Positions 61,078 to 64,000 of a stretch of 64,000 bases of DNA are shown piece after piece. The position numbers and the translations under genes were made by a program. The notes below the pieces were generated by a model. The model searched no databases, was not told the DNA's origin, and saw nothing but the letters and a program-made list of their open reading frames with translations. Every line of letters starts with the position of its first letter. Position 1 is the stretch's first letter. Source of the DNA: Iphione sp. A-MEVVRFRX5 (Eukaryota); NCBI GenBank assembly GCA_976226885.1, contig OZ320314.1:72478001-72542000 (forward strand), in the 5' to 3' direction.

Positions 61078-63812
61078 TATATTATTCATGCTCTACATTC
61101 TGTCATGCTACTGTACACCTTTCTTTATCTTCACTTACTTACTTGTATAATCTGCCACTATCTCTCTTACATACTTCTCTTATTTATTTTTATGTTCACT
61201 GAAAGATCTCATTGCATATTGTATCACATTATACTAGAGAAGTGAATAAAATTATATCCAATCGAATCCAAAAATAGTTGTGGGTCTGCACTATGGTAGT
61301 TTTTTTATCTACCAAACTGTTTCCATGTAAAAATGTTGCTTTTGCATAATCCTCAGGACAACGGAGGTCATTATGTTTCATATGACGACGTTCACTTGAA
61401 CTGCCGCGTCTTCTGTGCTGTCCATCAAGTGCATGGTCGATTGGATAAAGTCTTGTTGGGCGTGGCGTGCATTCCTTGCTAAGATGGCAACTTGCCACCG
61501 ATGCTCTTACCCTGTGGATAATCGTTTCATTCATCAGGCATACCGTCTCGACCAGCATAAGGAAACGTTTCTCGTCCACGCCAAATACACCTTTCAATTA
61601 ACCATCGACGATACATGTACATGTATAGAGGTTTCCCTGAAACGTAACATCGGCCATGTACGTAGAAACAAAACATATAGCCACGTATTAAAAGCAAGTG
61701 CCTTTCAGCACCTTTATCCTGAAAGGGCTGCGCTTTATTTCAGTGCCTTTTTTTGAAGCCCTTACAAAACCTTGCCATCGTTGCCAGTTCTTTGACAAGC
61801 GCTCTCTGCCACGGCCTGAGGACCCATCAGGGCCTGTAACTCGTTTACAGTAGCAGCAGATTTGGCCGGGGTAATACCTGCATGCTATTAATCATCCAAA
61901 TGACACTTGTCGGAAAACAAAAACACACGCTCGTTGGTGACAGTCCTGTTGATGCACGTCGTTACCAAGAGGAAGCAAAACGTCGCCAGGGAGTTAAGCG
62001 GAAGCAGCTCCTACCGCCGAGTGGCGGAGAAATAGGAATGGGATCAATGTTGGATGGGTGCTTTGTGCAGGTGCCATTAAGGAATACGCATACACATATA
62101 TATATATATATATGGGTCTTATTCTTCTAGGCGAATAAGCCGGTGGATATAATAATATATGCAACGAATTATTCCCGTTTTTAGGTATCCGCAAATCACT
62201 GCTTTCGCTTCAAGTCACCGAGGTGCTGCCTGTGGGGTCATGATGCTCGTCTCATACTACACCGTGCCAGAGAGTATCTAAAATGTAACTGACAATATGT
62301 ATGATAGGATATACAATTTAGAATAATAATTCCCTCCATAAAGAATTGCCTTTAGCTTTATGGCTCAGTAGGGATGAGGGGGAGGTTGTCCTGTTGAGAA
62401 CTGGCGTACGATACACTCTCATTAGTGACGCCAACATTGATCAGCACCATATTGTATGATGCAATACCATGAGAGGGGGTCATAAATACTTGTGCTTGAG
62501 TTACATATTTAAGTCCATGCATGTCTTCAGTTACGTGTGACGAAGATTGAGGAAACTAGTAAAAAATAGAGATCCGAATACTTTCTCTCTCCAGAAAAGA
62601 ATTATCATCTGATACTGAAAGAATTATCATCTGACTTTCAATTTTCTATTGAAAAATAATAGACACTTCACATTACCACATGCACTCTGCATACAGAATC
62701 TATACAGCCGGATATACTTACCAACCCTTAAATCTGGACAGAGACCAGACAGAACGGCATCTCCTAATTCAAACGTTGTCAGATTGCGAGTTGCCACAGG
62801 TGCATTGATACATAAGTTTCAACTCATTTTAGAACTTTATTTTTTGTGAGATTGGAACTAATTAATCAATGACTTTAAATCGTTTTTTTTGTGAAAGCAA
62901 ACCTTTCCTTCGGCAGAAAGCAGTCAAATGTCGTTAACGTAACATCAGCAAAGTGTTATCCCAATTTTACGTTTGATGTCTACTGATAGAATTTTAACAT
63001 ATGCTTGGCATATGCTTACATTATCTTTGCCTTGTCAGTCACTATTTTATCCATAACAAGATACACCAAGGGCAGTTTCATATGTGTCAACATAAAAGCA
63101 ACCTGAATTGAAAGATAAGCATGCAATAGATCACAGGTCTATTCTCTATCCAGCCGTCGTCGAGATATTTTGAAATTATCGAGGCGTCCAGCCATGTGGT
63201 CGAGCAATTATTTCACGACTTGATACATTAAGGTGGCAGTTTCGCAACTGAGTAACTAATATTCGAGGCATCAGCTTTCATTTAATAAACCAAACTGAGC
63301 AAGTAAATATCACACATTTGACATTGAAGTAACTCGAGATGTCTGTATAGATGAGGATGTTTGGAATTGACCTTTTCCCATTATGGCTGTTTTATTGGGA
63401 AAGAAGATTTTGGATATGGGAATATGTTGGTGGTGGTAACATTCCCTTACAAATTAATCAGATTCTCTCTGTCATTGTTGTGTAGATCATATGCCGAAAA
63501 TATTTGTATATATATATACATGGATATACAGTAAGCTTGAGCTGGCCGAACATTAAACATAAAAATTCTTTTCACATCCGAAAACCTTCGACAGGAGCCA
63601 ATCGGGTAATATTCACATACAGTCAAATGCTACCGTACTGGTAAACCATAAGGTGGATATAACCACATAGTGTATACATTTACCTCAGAACCAAATTAGA
63701 CTATATGAACCCTCACCATGCAACCACTTCGGTAATCTAGACACCTCGCTATTATAGCCCATGACCCTGACACCTCACCGTACGACCATATCCTCACGTC
63801 TCTCCTAGCGTC

Positions 63813-63845
63813 CTTCTTCTTCTTCTTCTTCTTCTTCTTCTTCTT
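63813..63845. repeat. (CTT)n trinucleotide repeat, about 11 units
   Basis: Direct reading of the sequence; explains the poly-K run in ORF 63696-63935. Confidence 0.95.
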
Positions 63846-64000
63846 GGTTTTGCTTCTTCTTGGGCAATTGAAGATGCCCTGTTCTCTAGAAACAACCATT
63901 CCAAGGAGTCTCTGATAGTTCCGCTCAGCCTGCAATCATATCCTCACACCTCTTCTTGCACCTTTTCCAGCAGCCTTCAGATGTCTGCAAACATCCCCTT

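Overview
Eukaryotic (animal, probably invertebrate) genomic DNA that is mostly non-coding; almost all ORFs in the supplied track look spurious. Three zones are visible by eye. (1) About 1-45 kb is CpG-rich with many GC-rich islands. It looks like the very large first intron or regulatory landscape of a minus-strand gene whose probable first coding exon (MTTHNNSGLTTEAAMTLSQSMDSVNTTPEEE, then GAG|GTAAGT) lies at 44152-44244. No downstream coding exon could be identified, but a candidate recursive splice site lies at 7610/7611. (2) About 45.3-55.6 kb is CpG-poor and repeat-rich. It holds a tRNA-derived SINE, 31/41/51-bp tandem arrays, a TTAA-flanked piggyBac MITE, possible exon remnants of a decayed plus-strand gene, and a pseudogenised piggyBac transposase that still carries at least two clear spliceosomal introns. 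(3) About 56-64 kb has a CpG-rich promoter-like segment, two more MITEs and a degenerate LINE reverse transcriptase. No intact, confidently nameable gene is present. All calls are from manual reading; no searches or counts were run.
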